Source: an uncultured virus (IMG/VR IMGVR_UViG_3300032047_003368) (Duplodnaviria > Heunggongvirae > Uroviricota > Caudoviricetes). Taken from it: a stretch of 26,214 nucleotides of DNA. Positions 25,825 to 26,214 of the stretch are shown piece after piece. A program made the position numbers and the translations under genes. The stretch lies in the IMG/VR virus record IMGVR_UViG_3300032047_003368; one strand, written 5' to 3'. Position 1 is the first letter of the stretch, and the number at the start of each line of letters is the position of its first letter. The notes below the pieces were generated by a model, which saw only the letters and a program-made list of their open reading frames with translations, searched no databases and was not told the origin of the DNA.

Positions 25825-26214
25825 TTAAGTATTTTCAATTTCTACGTCTACATCAACCTCAAACCTATAACTACACAAGTCTACGTCCACATAATCAATT
25901 GGTTCTTCTTCGGTGTATTCTTTGGTGTACGGAAGATTTTCATAGGTTTCTTCTTGTTCTGTGGTTGGTGTTTCTGGAATATCACAAGATTCAAGTTCAA
26001 TGTTTACAAACTCATCTACTTCTACACAAGTTCCTGTTGGTGTTGGTGGGTACAATTCAAAAATTGATTCTTCTGGAGTTGGAGTTTTTTGTTCTTCCGG
26101 ATCAGTAAGCATATCACAAGTTGGAGTTGGATATTCAAGTTTTACATAATCAATTGGTTCTTCTTCGGTGTATTCTTTGGTGTACGGAAGATTTTCATAG
26201 GTTTCTTCTTGTTC
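25825..26214 (-). CDS. C-terminal part of an acidic Glu/Pro/Thr-rich repeat protein (5'-truncated by the window)
   Basis: The frame of ORF 25825..26112 stays open to the window edge: EQEETYENLPYTKEYTEEEPIDYVKLEYPTPTCDMLTD... Confidence 0.7.
   Translation of the reverse strand, partial: EQEETYENLPYTKEYTEEEPIDYVKLEYPTPTCDMLTDPEEQKTPTPEESIFELYPPTPTGTCVEVDEFVNIELESCDIPETPTTEQEETYENLPYTKEYTEEEPIDYVDVDLCSYRFEVDVDVEIENT
25889..26214. repeat. Exact direct repeat of at least 71 bp (25889-25959 and 26144-26214), 255 bp apart, in frame
   Basis: acataatcaattggttcttcttcggtgtattctttggtgtacggaagattttcataggtttcttcttgttc occurs twice and encodes EQEETYENLPYTKEYTEEEPIDY(V). Confidence 0.95.

Noticed and set aside
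985..26149. Numerous plus-strand ORFs of 60-123 aa, and short alternative-frame minus-strand ORFs
   Set aside because: Essentially all lie opposite or within well-supported minus-strand genes, have no recognisable motifs, and show antisense-shadow composition.
25889..26214. 71-bp repeat as a CRISPR array or DGR template/variable repeat
   Set aside because: Only two copies, too long for CRISPR repeats, in frame within a CDS, no adenine-specific mismatches, and no RT or cas gene in the window.
1..26214. Stop-codon reassignment as in some jumbo phages
   Set aside because: Genes are full length under code 11. TAA, TGA (616, 10970, 18459, 19436) and TAG (25229) all end genes at sensible positions.
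1..26214. Cellular chromosome or eukaryotic giant-virus origin
   Set aside because: clpC and ppa lack their usual bacterial neighbours. The gp62-like and dNMP kinase genes, sigma70 promoters, SD sites and overlapping genes favour a bacteriophage, although no capsid or terminase gene is in the window.
1..26214. tRNA, rRNA, IS elements, introns/inteins, strong intrinsic terminators
   Set aside because: Intergenic gaps are mostly under 60 nt with no cloverleaf or GC-rich stem plus U-tract seen; no transposase or intein motifs recognised.

Overview
AT-rich, gene-dense segment. All credible genes are on the minus strand; the plus-strand ORFs look like antisense shadows. It reads as part of a large T4-like/jumbo bacteriophage: a T4 gp62-like clamp-loader subunit, a T4 gp1-like dNMP kinase, tight gene packing, sigma70-type promoters, and a second recurrent upstream motif TATTTAT. 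In transcription order (right to left): a truncated acidic repeat protein, gp62-like, dNMP kinase, PD-(D/E)XK nuclease, two tandem nucleoside-deoxyribosyltransferase-like paralogs, LMW phosphatase, a 550-aa unknown, inorganic pyrophosphatase, a 94-aa unknown, Nudix, a ParB/Srx-like protein, two unknown tandem paralogs, a 2336-aa multidomain subtilase and an HExxH peptidase. Next is a diverged, tandemly duplicated three-gene cassette (large unknown / Cys + Ig-like ~185 aa / small CxxC protein), with a CPBP intramembrane protease inserted in the second copy. The window ends with a full-length ClpC resembling Verrucomicrobiota ClpC, a HAD nucleotidase and a degenerate sulfotransferase. Most notable: the duplicated A-B-C cassette, the giant mosaic subtilase, the fixed-spacing TATTTAT-N4-start signal, and hairpins that span the -10 box and start codon of two peptidase genes. 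All family calls come from motif recognition by eye; no database searches were run.
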